From: a bacterium
Lineage (GTDB): Bacteria; Zhuqueibacterota; Zhuqueibacteria; Residuimicrobiales; Krinioviventaceae
DNA: 64,000 nt
Direction: 5' to 3'
NCBI GenBank assembly: GCA_963693055.1
Contig: OY843751.1
Span: 224,001 to 288,000, forward strand
Shown here: one piece after another, positions 20,680-31,708 of the stretch
Layout of the letters: every line of letters begins with the position of its first letter
Numbering within the stretch: the stretch's first letter is position 1
Program-made: the position numbers and the translations under genes
Notes under the pieces: generated by a model
What the model was told of the DNA's origin: nothing
Database searches by the model: none
The model's input: only the letters and a program-made list of their open reading frames with translations

Positions 20680-21311
20680 TGAAAGTTGATTATACAGGCA
20701 AGCTTATTACTTTTGAAGGTATCGATTATTCCGGTAAATCGGTACAGGCAAAGCAGCTATTTGAAAAATTGAAATTGCAGAATATTCCGTGTACGGCGTT
20801 TAGGGATCCTGGTGCAACCCGCATATCTGAAAAGATACGCGGCATACTTTTAGATAATGATCATGATGAAATGACAAAGTGGACGGAATTGTTATTATAT
20901 GAAGCAGCGCGTGCGCAAATGGTTGAAGAGTCTATAATACCTGCCCTAAAAAAAGGTGAAATTGTAGTATGTGACAGGTTTTATGATTCTACCAGTGCGT
21001 ATCAGGGCTTTGGCAGAGAGCTTGATTTGGAAATGGTTAACCGGGCCAATAGTATTGGTTCTGTTGGCTTGGTTCCTGATTTGACATTTTTGATTGATAT
21101 TGATGTAAAATCGGCTCTTGAGAGACGTTTACGAGTGAACGAAAAAGCGGACCGTTTGGAAGCGCAGGGAGATGCGTTTCAGGAGCGGGTACGTAAAGGC
21201 TATCTGGCAATTGCGGAACAGGAAGCTGATCGGTTCCGGGTTATTAACGGAAATGATACGATAGAAAATATTGCCAGGGATATTTTTAAAGAGTTTATGC
21301 GTATAATGTAA
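20676..21311 (+). CDS. tmk: Thymidylate kinase
   Basis: ITFEGID.SGKS, ELLL..AARAQ, CDRFYDST.AYQG, PDLTF. Confidence 0.95.
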   Translation: MMKVDYTGKLITFEGIDYSGKSVQAKQLFEKLKLQNIPCTAFRDPGATRISEKIRGILLDNDHDEMTKWTELLLYEAARAQMVEESIIPALKKGEIVVCDRFYDSTSAYQGFGRELDLEMVNRANSIGSVGLVPDLTFLIDIDVKSALERRLRVNEKADRLEAQGDAFQERVRKGYLAIAEQEADRFRVINGNDTIENIARDIFKEFMRIM

Positions 21312-21339
21312 TGTTGGTAACAATCTGAGGTATGTAAAT

Positions 21340-23058
21340 ATGGGAACAAGAAAAAGACTTTTAGTATTATCATTGATTACTGTTTTATTGCTGACAGTAG
21401 GTGTATTTACCCAGTTGTATAGTGACAGCAATAAAGACATGTACTACTCTGTGCTTCGCTCAACAGATATATTTGGTCAGATCTATAAAGAAGTATTAAA
21501 TAATTATGTACAGGAAGTGGATCCCGAAAAGTTTATTGAAGCGGGCATTCAGGGAATGCTGGACGAGTTGGATCCTTATACCGTTTATCTTGAAGATGAA
21601 GGAAAAGATGAACTGGAAATTATGACCCGCGGAAAATATTATGGTGTGGGTATGCGGATATCCAACCGGAATGGGTGGCCTACTGTTGCTGAGCAGCCTT
21701 TCCCCAATAGTCCTGCCGCACGTGCTGATATCCGCGAAGGTGACCAGGTCATTGAAATTGATGGTGTGGAGACCAAAGGTGACAACCTTTCCAAAACCGC
21801 AGCTCGTTTACGTGGTACGCAAAAGGGCAGTGAAGTTCGTATCAAGATCAGACGTGTTGGTGTTGAACAACCCATTGAACTGACATTGATACGTGACGAG
21901 ATTGTTGTTTCTGAAATTGAATTTGCCGGATTTGTAGAACCAGGTGTAGGTTTGATCCGTTTGACACGTTTTAATCGTGGTGCGGGCAAGCAGGTAAAAC
22001 AGGCAATTGAACAGCTGCGTGATCAGGGAATGGAGTCTTTGATTTTTGATTTACGCGGTAATCCTGGTGGTCTGCTAGATGTTGCCGTATCTGTGCTTGA
22101 AAGTTTTGTACCCAAGGGTGAATTGGTTGTTTATACACAAGGCCGTAACGAAGAACAACGTCAGGATTTTCGAACACGTCATGAACCGGTTTTGGGCGAC
22201 CTTCCTTTGGTGCTGTTGGTAGATGAATTCAGCGCTTCTGCTTCGGAAATTGTTGCCGGAGCCGTGCAAGATCTTGACCGCGGAGTAATAGTAGGTGCCG
22301 AGACTTTTGGCAAAGGGCTGGTGCAGACTGTAGTAAATCTGGATAACAAAGGTGAAGCAAAATTAAAAATCACAACGGCCCAATATTTTATGCCAAGCGG
22401 TCGTTTGATTCAACGTCCTAAGGTTTTTAATCGTAAACGTGGTTCCGTTTTGTTGGACACAGAAGACGAAGATGAATCTAAAGAAGTAAAAGAAGAAATA
22501 CCTGAACAGTTTTACACACGTAACGGACGTAGTGTGTATGGTGGCGGTGGAATTCGCCCCGAAATAGAGTTGGAAAATGACCATACTACAAAATATGTTG
22601 CAGAGTTGCGACGCAATTCCATGTTTTTTAACTATAGTTTAAATTACGCAATTGATCATCAGAATCTATCAGAAGACTTTGATGTGACAGATGATATGGT
22701 ATCCGATTTTTTCAAGTTTACTGAAGAGAAAGACTTTGATTATGAGCCTGATGGTTTGTCTGAGCTTGAAGGCCTGGAAGAAATTGCCCGCGAAGAAGGC
22801 TATTACGATCAAATGAAAGCCCATTTTGATGCAATGCGTAAAGAGTTTGAGCAGGTCAAAGTTGCAGAGCGGGAAAAATCTTTAGGTGATATCAAATTCT
22901 TGATAAAACGCGAACTTGCCGGAAAGAAATTTGGAAATGATGCTGCATATAAAGCAGGCTTTGAACGCGACAAGGTATTATTAAAGGCTGTTGAAATATT
23001 AAATGCACCTGAAGAATATAAAAAGATATTGGATGTGAATCTGGCCTCGAAAAATTGA
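21340..23058 (+). CDS. S41 family carboxyl-terminal processing protease (CtpA/Prc-like)
   Basis: LDPYT, PDZ domain, DLRGNPGG, SASASEIVAG, TFGKG. Confidence 0.92.
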   Translation: MGTRKRLLVLSLITVLLLTVGVFTQLYSDSNKDMYYSVLRSTDIFGQIYKEVLNNYVQEVDPEKFIEAGIQGMLDELDPYTVYLEDEGKDELEIMTRGKYYGVGMRISNRNGWPTVAEQPFPNSPAARADIREGDQVIEIDGVETKGDNLSKTAARLRGTQKGSEVRIKIRRVGVEQPIELTLIRDEIVVSEIEFAGFVEPGVGLIRLTRFNRGAGKQVKQAIEQLRDQGMESLIFDLRGNPGGLLDVAVSVLESFVPKGELVVYTQGRNEEQRQDFRTRHEPVLGDLPLVLLVDEFSASASEIVAGAVQDLDRGVIVGAETFGKGLVQTVVNLDNKGEAKLKITTAQYFMPSGRLIQRPKVFNRKRGSVLLDTEDEDESKEVKEEIPEQFYTRNGRSVYGGGGIRPEIELENDHTTKYVAELRRNSMFFNYSLNYAIDHQNLSEDFDVTDDMVSDFFKFTEEKDFDYEPDGLSELEGLEEIAREEGYYDQMKAHFDAMRKEFEQVKVAEREKSLGDIKFLIKRELAGKKFGNDAAYKAGFERDKVLLKAVEILNAPEEYKKILDVNLASKN

Positions 23059-23172
23059 TTGTTGTAATTATAAAATTAATTGTTTAAATTACTTACTGTT
23101 TAATTCATAACATTTACTGTTATAATATACTGATCGGAAGTATCGGTCAATTAAATAACCAAAGGAGATAGT

Positions 23173-25893
23173 ATGTCTGACAAGTATGTTTATCAATTCG
23201 GTGGCGGAAAAGCGGAAGGCCGCTCCGATATGAAAAACCTGTTGGGTGGTAAAGGAGCCAACCTGGCAGAAATGAACCTGATTGGTGTTCCTGTACCTGC
23301 AGGTTTTACCATTTCTACCGAAGCATGTATATTTTATAATCAAAAAGGTCGCGAAGCCAGTATTGAATTGTTGAAAAAAGAAGTTGAAGCAGGAATTGCT
23401 TCTATAGAAGAAATGATGGGTGCGAAATTTGGTGACAAAGAAAATCCATTACTGGTTTCAGTTCGTTCAGGTGCACGCGTTTCTATGCCTGGTATGATGG
23501 ATACTGTATTGAATCTGGGTATGAATGATGACGCTGTTGCAGGTTTGACTGAAAAATCTGGTAACGAACGTTTTGCATGGGACTCTTATCGTCGTTTTGT
23601 TCAGATGTATGGCGATGTTGTTATGGGAATGAAACCTGAAAGCAAAGAAGATATTGATCCTTTTGAAGAAATTATTGAAAAAGCTAAAGACGCTAAAGGT
23701 GTTGAAAACGATACCGATTTAGATACAGCAGATTTGAAAAAACTGGTAGGCGATTTTAAAGCTGCGGTTAAACGCGTTACCGGTAAAGATTTTCCGGCAG
23801 ATCCCTGGGAACAACTCTGGGGCGCGGTTATGGCTGTTTTTGACAGCTGGATGAATGAACGCGCTATTGTATACCGTCGTTTGAACAAGATTCCTGAAGA
23901 ATGGGGAACAGCTGTAAACGTTCAGGCTATGGTTTTTGGAAACATGGGTGAAAATTCAGCAACGGGTGTTGCTTTTACCCGTGATGCAGGTACTGGAGAA
24001 GATATTTTCAACGGTGAATACCTGATCAACGCACAGGGTGAAGATGTGGTTGCCGGTGTTCGTACACCACAGCAGATTACAGTAGAAGGTTCAAAACGCT
24101 GGGCTGAATTGGCAGGTGTTTCTGAGGAAGACCGTAAAGCAAAATTCCCATCTCTTGAAGAAGCTATGCCAGTAGTTTACAAAGAATTGGCTGAAACTGA
24201 AACCAAACTTGAAAATTATTTTAAAGATATGCAGGACCTCGAGTTCACCATTCAGGATGGTCGCTTGTGGCTGCTGCAAACCCGTAACGGTAAACGTACC
24301 GGTGCCGCAATGGTCCGTATTGCAATTGAAATGTTGCAACAGGGTATGATTGATGAAAAAACCGCAATCAATCGCGTTGAAGCAGAAAAACTGGACGAAC
24401 TGTTACACCCTGTATTTGATGGCGATGCTATCAAATCTGCCAAAGTACTTGCCAAAGGTTTGCCTGCATCTCCGGGTGCTGCAACCGGACGTATTGTATT
24501 TTTTGCTGATGAAGCAGTAGAATGGAGAGCCAGAAAAGAAGAAGTGATTCTTGTACGTATTGAAACTTCTCCTGAAGATTTGGCTGGTATGGATGCAGCA
24601 AATGGTATTCTCACCGCTCGCGGTGGTATGACCTCTCACGCAGCTGTTGTTGCCCGCGGTATGGGTAAATGCTGTGTTTCTGGTGCCGGTTCTTGTAAGA
24701 TTGATTATAAAAAACGTATTATGGTTATTGACGGTGTAGAACTCAAAGAAGGTGATTGGATCTCTTTGAATGGCTCTACCGGTGAAGTTTACAATGACAA
24801 AATCTCTACCAAAGATCCTGAATTGTCAGGTAACTTTGGAGAATTGATGGACCTTTGTGAAAAACACACCAAGGTATTGGTTCGTACCAATGCAGACACT
24901 CCACACGATGCTAAAGTTGCACGTGATTTCGGCGCACAGGGTATTGGCCTTTGCCGTACCGAGCACATGTTCTTTGAAGGCGAACGTATCAAAGCTGTTC
25001 GTGAAATGATTCTGAGCAAAGACGAAGCTGGCCGTCGTGCTGCTTTGGTTAAATTGTTGCCCATGCAACGTGGTGACTTTGAAGGTATCTTTGAAGCTAT
25101 GAACGGATTGCCAGTAACTATTCGTCTTTTGGATCCACCATTGCATGAATTTGTTCCACACGAAGAAGAAAACCAGAAGGAAATGGCCGATGAAATGGGA
25201 ATTACTGTAGAAGATGTTAAAGCTACAGTTGAAGACTTGGCTGAATTCAACCCAATGTTGGGTCACCGTGGTTGTCGTTTGGGTAATACCTATCCGGAAA
25301 TTACTGAAATGCAGGCACGCGCTATTATTGAAGCTGCTTTGAATTGTAAAGCCAAAGGTATTGATGCAAAACCAGAAATTATGGTTCCATTGATTGGTAC
25401 AATTGAAGAATTCAAACTGCAGGAAACCATCATCCGTGCAACTGCTGATAAAGTATTTGAAGAAAAAGGCGCAAAATGTGAATACATGGTAGGAACCATG
25501 ATTGAAATTCCACGCGCGGCTTTGACTGCAGATCAGGTTGCTGAAGCTGCTGAATTTTTCTCATTCGGTACTAATGACTTGACCCAGATGACTTTTGGTT
25601 ACTCTCGTGACGATGCTGGCAAATTCCTGCCTGTTTACCTTGAAAAAGGTATCCTCAAAGTAGATCCTTTCCAGGTTCTGGATCAGACTGGTGTTGGTCA
25701 ATTGGTTGAAATGGGTACTCAAAAAGGTCGCAGCGCTCGTCCAAACCTCAAAGTTGGTATCTGTGGTGAGCACGGTGGTGAACCCAGTTCTGTTAAATTC
25801 TGCTGTAAAGTTGGTATGAATTACGTATCCTGTTCTCCGTTCCGCGTACCTATCGCACGCGTAGCTGCAGCACAGGCTGCTATTGAAGGATAG
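23173..25893 (+). CDS. ppdK: Pyruvate, phosphate dikinase
   Basis: LGGKGANLAEM, SVRSGARVSMPGMMDT, GGMTSHAAVVARG, GLCRTEHMF, FSFGTNDLTQ, CGEHGG. Confidence 0.98.
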   Translation: MSDKYVYQFGGGKAEGRSDMKNLLGGKGANLAEMNLIGVPVPAGFTISTEACIFYNQKGREASIELLKKEVEAGIASIEEMMGAKFGDKENPLLVSVRSGARVSMPGMMDTVLNLGMNDDAVAGLTEKSGNERFAWDSYRRFVQMYGDVVMGMKPESKEDIDPFEEIIEKAKDAKGVENDTDLDTADLKKLVGDFKAAVKRVTGKDFPADPWEQLWGAVMAVFDSWMNERAIVYRRLNKIPEEWGTAVNVQAMVFGNMGENSATGVAFTRDAGTGEDIFNGEYLINAQGEDVVAGVRTPQQITVEGSKRWAELAGVSEEDRKAKFPSLEEAMPVVYKELAETETKLENYFKDMQDLEFTIQDGRLWLLQTRNGKRTGAAMVRIAIEMLQQGMIDEKTAINRVEAEKLDELLHPVFDGDAIKSAKVLAKGLPASPGAATGRIVFFADEAVEWRARKEEVILVRIETSPEDLAGMDAANGILTARGGMTSHAAVVARGMGKCCVSGAGSCKIDYKKRIMVIDGVELKEGDWISLNGSTGEVYNDKISTKDPELSGNFGELMDLCEKHTKVLVRTNADTPHDAKVARDFGAQGIGLCRTEHMFFEGERIKAVREMILSKDEAGRRAALVKLLPMQRGDFEGIFEAMNGLPVTIRLLDPPLHEFVPHEEENQKEMADEMGITVEDVKATVEDLAEFNPMLGHRGCRLGNTYPEITEMQARAIIEAALNCKAKGIDAKPEIMVPLIGTIEEFKLQETIIRATADKVFEEKGAKCEYMVGTMIEIPRAALTADQVAEAAEFFSFGTNDLTQMTFGYSRDDAGKFLPVYLEKGILKVDPFQVLDQTGVGQLVEMGTQKGRSARPNLKVGICGEHGGEPSSVKFCCKVGMNYVSCSPFRVPIARVAAAQAAIEG

Positions 25894-25919
25894 TTCCTGT
25901 ACCAAATACATACATACCT

Positions 25920-25954
25920 GGGCACCCGTTTACCCGACGGGTGCCCTTTTTTTT
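25920..25954 (+). terminator. Rho-independent terminator of ppdK
   Basis: GGGCACCCGT-7 nt-ACGGGTGCCC followed by T8. Confidence 0.88.
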
Positions 25955-25985
25955 AGTATCTGAAACGGTAAAGTAAAAAGGTGAT

Positions 25986-26633
25986 ATGAAAAAGCTGAGA
26001 ATATTTTGTGATTTTGATGGTACCATTGCTCAGAACGATGTGGGCAATGTTTTGATAACAACATTTGGCGACGCAGACCATTGGTGGGACTTGGTAGATA
26101 AATGGAAACGTGAGGAACTGGATGGCCGGGACCTTTGGCGGAAACAATTTGCTATTACCCCCATTACCCCAACTCAAATGGATGAATTTGCCGCTACTCA
26201 GAAAATTGACCCAAATTTTCCCGTTTTTGTACAATTTTGCCGTGATAATCACATCCCTGTCTATGTAGTGAGTGACGGCATGGATGCTTATATTAAAAGA
26301 ATATTAAAAAACAATGGGTTAGGTGATCTTGAGGTACGCGCCAATCACCTTGAAATGCACGATGATGGTACGCTTTTTGTAGAATATCCTTGGTATAAAG
26401 AGGGTTGCTGTAATTGCGGCAACTGCAAGGGTACCCATGTGCGTCAGGAAACAAAAGACGATGAATTGTCCGTTTATATTGGTGACGGTCATTCGGATGT
26501 TTGCGGTATGCGAGAAGCAGATATAACCTTTGCCAAAGATGCTCTGGCTGAACTATGTGAGCAAACTGGCAAACCATACCGGCCATTTAAAAATTTTGCT
26601 GATGTTTTAGAGGGTATCCGCGAGCTATTATAA
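25986..26633 (+). CDS. HAD-IB family phosphatase, MtnX-like
   Basis: FCDFDGT, VSDG, CGNCK, YIGDG.SD motifs. Confidence 0.85.
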   Translation: MKKLRIFCDFDGTIAQNDVGNVLITTFGDADHWWDLVDKWKREELDGRDLWRKQFAITPITPTQMDEFAATQKIDPNFPVFVQFCRDNHIPVYVVSDGMDAYIKRILKNNGLGDLEVRANHLEMHDDGTLFVEYPWYKEGCCNCGNCKGTHVRQETKDDELSVYIGDGHSDVCGMREADITFAKDALAELCEQTGKPYRPFKNFADVLEGIRELL

Positions 26634-26650
26634 AATATGTGAGCGGTGCT

Positions 26651-27343
26651 ATGAAACGGATTTACCCCATTTTATTAGTGTTTATGATGGTATGTGCAGT
26701 TTGGGAAACAGCGTATGCCCAGTCTTTACGGGACGTTTTTAAAAAATGGACCTATGAAACAACCTTGAACGATTTTAACAGCCTGCAATGTGATATTCAC
26801 TGTACTTATCTTTCTCCTGAATTATTACAAGCCTGGCAGCAGTCAGAAACAAACCAGGATGTTGTGAACCGTGTCAATACCCTGATAACCACCATACAAC
26901 AGCAAAATGTTGCAATTTATATTCTGGATGTGGACCCCGGGCAGTCGGGACTCTATTCACTCGATTTCAAGAAAATTCATAAAAAGTCAAAACTGTTTAT
27001 TACAGATAAAAAATCCAAGGGATATAAACCCAAACGTGTTACGTCGAACCTGAAACAGAAACTGGTTGCGCGCCAGCCCTATTTAGGTGCAATGGCTTTT
27101 CAGGTTGAATCTGCCAACCCCATGTTTCAGACCCTGAAAATGGAAACCAAATTCGAGTACTTTGAAAAGTTTGATATACCCGACGAGGAAGAAGAAAAGA
27201 AATTCGAGCTGCAATTCCATTTTCATGCAAGCGGGGCTCCGCAGAACGAGCAGTTACAATCTGTGCCCGGCACCCAGGAAATTTTGGGACGCTTAAAAGT
27301 GGCGTTCTCTCTGGTGAATTTGGTGACCAATCAGAATATTTAG
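26651..27343 (+). CDS. Hypothetical exported protein
   Basis: Signal peptide MKRIYPILLVF...AYA-Q; ATG 26651 preferred over 26639. Confidence 0.65.
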   Translation: MKRIYPILLVFMMVCAVWETAYAQSLRDVFKKWTYETTLNDFNSLQCDIHCTYLSPELLQAWQQSETNQDVVNRVNTLITTIQQQNVAIYILDVDPGQSGLYSLDFKKIHKKSKLFITDKKSKGYKPKRVTSNLKQKLVARQPYLGAMAFQVESANPMFQTLKMETKFEYFEKFDIPDEEEEKKFELQFHFHASGAPQNEQLQSVPGTQEILGRLKVAFSLVNLVTNQNI

Positions 27344-27345
27344 CC

Positions 27346-28053
27346 ATGAAGGTTAGAATTGTAATTTTAGTATTGTTTCTCTGTGCTGGCGTATTCGCGG
27401 CAGAAGAGGTCATTACCGGACGGTATTGCTACCAGTATGGCGATAACGAAACCCTGTTGGAAGCACGGCAACTCACGCGTACGCTTGCTTTGCGTAATGC
27501 AATTGAATCTTATCATGTTTTTGTTGAAGCTGCGGCAATTGTAGATAACTTTCAGATTACCAATGATATTGTACAAAGCCTGACCGGTACCTATATCAAG
27601 AATATACAAATTGCTGAACAAACCGAAACCGATCACAAGGTGTGCATGACGGTCATTGGCAGCATTGATCCTGCGGTGTTTGATACCATATTAAAGAACC
27701 AGGTTCGCAGGCGGATTCAACTGGTCCAGCAAATGGGCATCGATAACAATGGCGCGCTCAAGGTGCTGAGTGTATCACCCATCAAATTCAATGACAAGGG
27801 GCAAAAGGTTATTGAAACGGTGGTCAAGGTGCTGGAGCATACGGGGCGCCTAGATAGTGTGCAGTTTCGCAACAGCAAACCCGAGTTCAAAGTATGTATT
27901 ACCTATTTTGATCGTTCCGGTACCGAGATGAGTGGGGACTCGCAGTTTATCCATACTCAGGCAGACGGACTGGCATCTGGCGAGATCCGAACAGTTGCGT
28001 TCAAAGATCCGCCTATTGGTGCGGTGACCTGGCGGGTGTGGCTGATAAAGTGA
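27346..28053 (+). CDS. Hypothetical exported protein
   Basis: Signal peptide ...GVFA-AE; 2-nt gap after upstream gene suggests operon. Confidence 0.65.
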   Translation: MKVRIVILVLFLCAGVFAAEEVITGRYCYQYGDNETLLEARQLTRTLALRNAIESYHVFVEAAAIVDNFQITNDIVQSLTGTYIKNIQIAEQTETDHKVCMTVIGSIDPAVFDTILKNQVRRRIQLVQQMGIDNNGALKVLSVSPIKFNDKGQKVIETVVKVLEHTGRLDSVQFRNSKPEFKVCITYFDRSGTEMSGDSQFIHTQADGLASGEIRTVAFKDPPIGAVTWRVWLIK

Positions 28054-28194
28054 GTATTTTTTAGTATTCATTATTTCTCTTTCCTATTGTGCAATTTTTA
28101 GCATTTTAAAAATGTTTTAATTATATTCTAATTCAATTATACGTGCCGGGGTGTTTACCGTCTACTATTTTTCATGTTTTTAATAGGGGTTGAA

Positions 28195-29484
28195 ATGAGA
28201 AAAACACTGGTAGTTTTTGCAGTAGCAGTTTTGTTGGTTTTCAACTTGATGCGGTGTGAAACAGACAAATCCATTTTGTCACCAGCGGGAGAGCTTGAAT
28301 TCAACAGCAGTGCAACACCAAACAGTATTGCATCTTTTGATGCTTACAGCAACGAGTCTGTGGTTAAACTGTATTGGACCGCGGGAGCGTCTATCCTCGA
28401 TCCGGGGCCAATGCCCCCCAAAGTTGGAATCGTGAGGCTGTATGTCTCGGATGATGGTCCGGAAGACGGATTTGTACAGATTTTTGAAACACATAATGTG
28501 GGTGTGGATTCCACAACAATTGGTTCTCTGGCTTCCAATACCAACTATTATTTCCGTCTTGGAGTATTTACACCGGGAGATACGCTGATAGGTGTATCTG
28601 CTCCTTTAATGATTTCGCTAGGCAAGAATAAAGTAGAGCATTATTCCATTCCTGTACCGGACAATGACAGTCCCGGTGATTTTTCAAAAATGTCATGGTC
28701 ACCGGATGGTGATAAACTGGCAATAGTAATGGTGAATGGAGCATTGGTACAGAATATTTATCTGTTGGATGTACATTCACAGACGCAACAACCGTTGACC
28801 TCTTTTAATGACAGTGAGGGCAGAATGGGGAGTTTGGCTTTTTCTCCCAATGGTAATCAGATCGCTTTTACCTATTCACCCTCCAGAACGATATATAAAA
28901 TTAATTACCAAATCTGGACGATGGCGGTGGATGCTACGGATCCTGCACCCGCATCCTCAGGAAGAGTAGACGACAACCCTGGATGGTTTTCTGAGGAGAA
29001 AGTGGTTTTCTGCAAAGGAACTTTTGATCCCCCAAACATTCCTGAACTTTATAGCCTGGATTTAAATACCGGGATAGAAACTGCTCTCACACAAGATCAG
29101 ACCATTTACAAATATACGCCATCTGTTTCTTTAGAGAATAGTCAGATTGTATATTCAGGCAGAATGTCTAATAAAAAAGAATTGCTTTACCTCATATCCC
29201 TGACCGGAGAAAACAATACACCGCTGACAACCGGTAAATACTGGAGGGATATTCAACCGGCATGGTCAGGTGACGGGCAATGGATCTATTTTTCATCTGA
29301 CCGGAGCGGGCATTATGAAATTTGGGCAATTGATGCAGGCTCTGGTGCATGTCGTCAAATTACATTCGGGCTTGAACGAGGAGTAGATCGTTTGGAACCC
29401 AAACCCAACCCGGTGAACGGATTGGTTGCAATAAAGGAACAATTGCCACCTGATCCCCCACGGTTGATTATGCTGCCCATGTAA
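28195..29484 (+). CDS. TolB-like/PD40 beta-propeller lipoprotein with N-terminal FN3-like domain
   Basis: WSPDG, FSPNG, PAWSGDG..IYFSSDRSG..EIW repeats; L..NTNYYFRL FN3-like; ATG 28195 preferred. Confidence 0.8.
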   Translation: MRKTLVVFAVAVLLVFNLMRCETDKSILSPAGELEFNSSATPNSIASFDAYSNESVVKLYWTAGASILDPGPMPPKVGIVRLYVSDDGPEDGFVQIFETHNVGVDSTTIGSLASNTNYYFRLGVFTPGDTLIGVSAPLMISLGKNKVEHYSIPVPDNDSPGDFSKMSWSPDGDKLAIVMVNGALVQNIYLLDVHSQTQQPLTSFNDSEGRMGSLAFSPNGNQIAFTYSPSRTIYKINYQIWTMAVDATDPAPASSGRVDDNPGWFSEEKVVFCKGTFDPPNIPELYSLDLNTGIETALTQDQTIYKYTPSVSLENSQIVYSGRMSNKKELLYLISLTGENNTPLTTGKYWRDIQPAWSGDGQWIYFSSDRSGHYEIWAIDAGSGACRQITFGLERGVDRLEPKPNPVNGLVAIKEQLPPDPPRLIMLPM

Positions 29485-29885
29485 TTGATTCTGTTCATCA
29501 TTTTGGCCTCAAAATAGGAATAAAAGAGGCAATATTGAGCAGGCAACCACGGATATAGGCATGTGCTGTTATAGCGTTTGATTGTAAGGATTGAACACTG
29601 CGGTCTCTTTTATGGGGGCCGCTAATTAAAGAATTGAAAAGCCGTCCGTTTGGATTTTTATTTAACCATGTTCCATGGTTCCAGCTTTAATTTTTGTACA
29701 ATTTTTTTATTCTTGCAATAGTCCCTAATTATACATTTATTAATAAATACATATAATTTTAGGGGAATTAAGGGAAGCTAATTAAAAGCCTGATAATTTT
29801 TGCAATTCTCAAATACTGTTAATTTGTTCAAATTTTACAAGAATTCTAATTTGGTAGGGAATTTAGTGTTTTGAGGGAGATTCTC

Positions 29886-31463
29886 ATGTTATCAAAGAAA
29901 AAGAAAAGTTTAAAAGAACTTGAAAGCCAATGGGGCAAACCTGTTTCAAGAACCCGGAATATGGATTTTATCTCTATTTATTATGATAATATGAGACCCC
30001 AAAATGAAAACGATTTTGTAGATGATAAAACCTGGTCCGATTTAGAGTTTGATGCTGTTTTTACAAAAATGGACAGGTGTGTGTCTGGTCCTGGTCAACA
30101 ATATTTATATTATCTGCTGCACAAGTATGAAAGCAAAGAGGCAGTCTTAAAAGACAGGTTTGGTTTAATTCACTATTTCATCAAAAATAAAACTTTTCGA
30201 TTCTCGACCCAAGTATTGTTGAAAAAATTATCAACTTTTAAGGCGTATTTTATACCCAGCTTGATAGTACACAACATTCCACCTCGCTCCAATTTGTATT
30301 ATTTGTTGATTTTTTTATCAGTGTTATCAATGGTCTCAGTCTCACTGATTTATTTTTATCCCATTTGTTTATATAGTACAGTGGGGTTGTTGCTATTGAA
30401 TATTTTTATAAATAAGAAATTAAGCGCTAAAGTGTACGCGTATTTTGCAGGATTCTCGAGTTTAAATACATTATTGATAATTGCAGGTCAAATGTGCAAA
30501 CTTGAAACTGACTATAATATCCCACAATTAGATAATCTAAGAAAACAAAAAGATGAAATTAAAAAGCTGAAAAAGAAAATTGGCAGATTTGTGATGGAAA
30601 AAGAAGGCTTGAATGATTTGCTCTTGTACCTCATAGAATACTTTAATCTTTTTTTCCTGTTTGACCTGATAGCATATTATGGATCTGTAAATGAATTAAA
30701 CAAGTATCAGGCCAGAGTTTGTGACATTTTTGAAAACGTTGCCAGTCTTGATGCGCATATCTCTGTTGCTTCTTATCTAGCTGATACGGAGAGGTATTCG
30801 AGTCCGACATTTAATGATGAAAAGAAAATCAGTTTTACGAATCTCTATCATCCCCTGTTGGAAAAACCTGTTGCCAACAGTCTTGAGCCGATAAATAAAT
30901 CCATGCTGATCACGGGTTCCAATATGTCGGGCAAGACAACATTTATTAAAAGTGTAGGTATAAATGCAATATTGGCCCAAACCTTTTATTTTTGTCATGC
31001 AGAAAATTTTGCATTGCCAAAATACCAGGTTAAAACCGCGATTAATAGAGAAGAAGATTTGGAACATTCCAAAAGCTATTTTTTTGTAGAGGTTGAGGGG
31101 TTGAAAAAATTTATTCAAATTGCAAACGAGCAAGAAAATACTATATTCCTGATTGATGAGATCTTTCGGGGGACCAATACGGTTGAGCGATTGGCAATTT
31201 CAACTTCGGTTTTGGAGCATTTGGGACAAAACGGACAGGTCTTTGTTACAACGCATGATATTGAATTGCAAAGTCTGTTAAAAGATAGCTATGAAATGTA
31301 TCACTTTGGGGATAATATAAAAAATAATGAGTTTTACTTTAGCTATAAAATTCAAAAAGGTCCCTGTTTTACTGGCAACGCAATAAAATTGCTTGAAATT
31401 CAAGGGTATCCTGAAGCTATTATCACAAAAGCACAAAAAATAAAGGACCAGGAATCCTTCTAG
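29886..31463 (+). CDS. MutS-related protein (MutS domain V ATPase) with TM segments
   Basis: YHPLL, ITGSNMSGKTT, LIDEIFRGTN, TTHD; GAGGGAG RBS before ATG 29886. Confidence 0.88.
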   Translation: MLSKKKKSLKELESQWGKPVSRTRNMDFISIYYDNMRPQNENDFVDDKTWSDLEFDAVFTKMDRCVSGPGQQYLYYLLHKYESKEAVLKDRFGLIHYFIKNKTFRFSTQVLLKKLSTFKAYFIPSLIVHNIPPRSNLYYLLIFLSVLSMVSVSLIYFYPICLYSTVGLLLLNIFINKKLSAKVYAYFAGFSSLNTLLIIAGQMCKLETDYNIPQLDNLRKQKDEIKKLKKKIGRFVMEKEGLNDLLLYLIEYFNLFFLFDLIAYYGSVNELNKYQARVCDIFENVASLDAHISVASYLADTERYSSPTFNDEKKISFTNLYHPLLEKPVANSLEPINKSMLITGSNMSGKTTFIKSVGINAILAQTFYFCHAENFALPKYQVKTAINREEDLEHSKSYFFVEVEGLKKFIQIANEQENTIFLIDEIFRGTNTVERLAISTSVLEHLGQNGQVFVTTHDIELQSLLKDSYEMYHFGDNIKNNEFYFSYKIQKGPCFTGNAIKLLEIQGYPEAIITKAQKIKDQESF

Positions 31464-31708
31464 TCGTTTGATTTATGCAGGTCTTGTTCTTCTTGGGGCG
31501 CAAATGTTCAGGCTTTTGGGCTATCTTTACACACGTTTACAATCTGGAAGAAGAAAATGTCTCGTTTGGTGAGAAAACTCGCTTGGTTAAAGGATTGATT
31601 GTATTGTTGATTTTTATTAAGTTCAAGTTAGCTTTACAAAAGTAATTTACCATCCGTTTATTTCCTTGAAAAATGTTTAGTACATTTATAACACCGGAGA
31701 AATTGGAT

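Noticed and set aside
25986-26633. Methionine salvage gene mtnX
   Set aside because: The family fits, but no other mtn genes are nearby, so the substrate cannot be assigned and the gene symbol is withheld.
29520-29870. Possible riboswitch or ncRNA around the GCGGTCTC/GGGGCCGC hairpin
   Set aside because: Only a single hairpin; no recognisable aptamer consensus.
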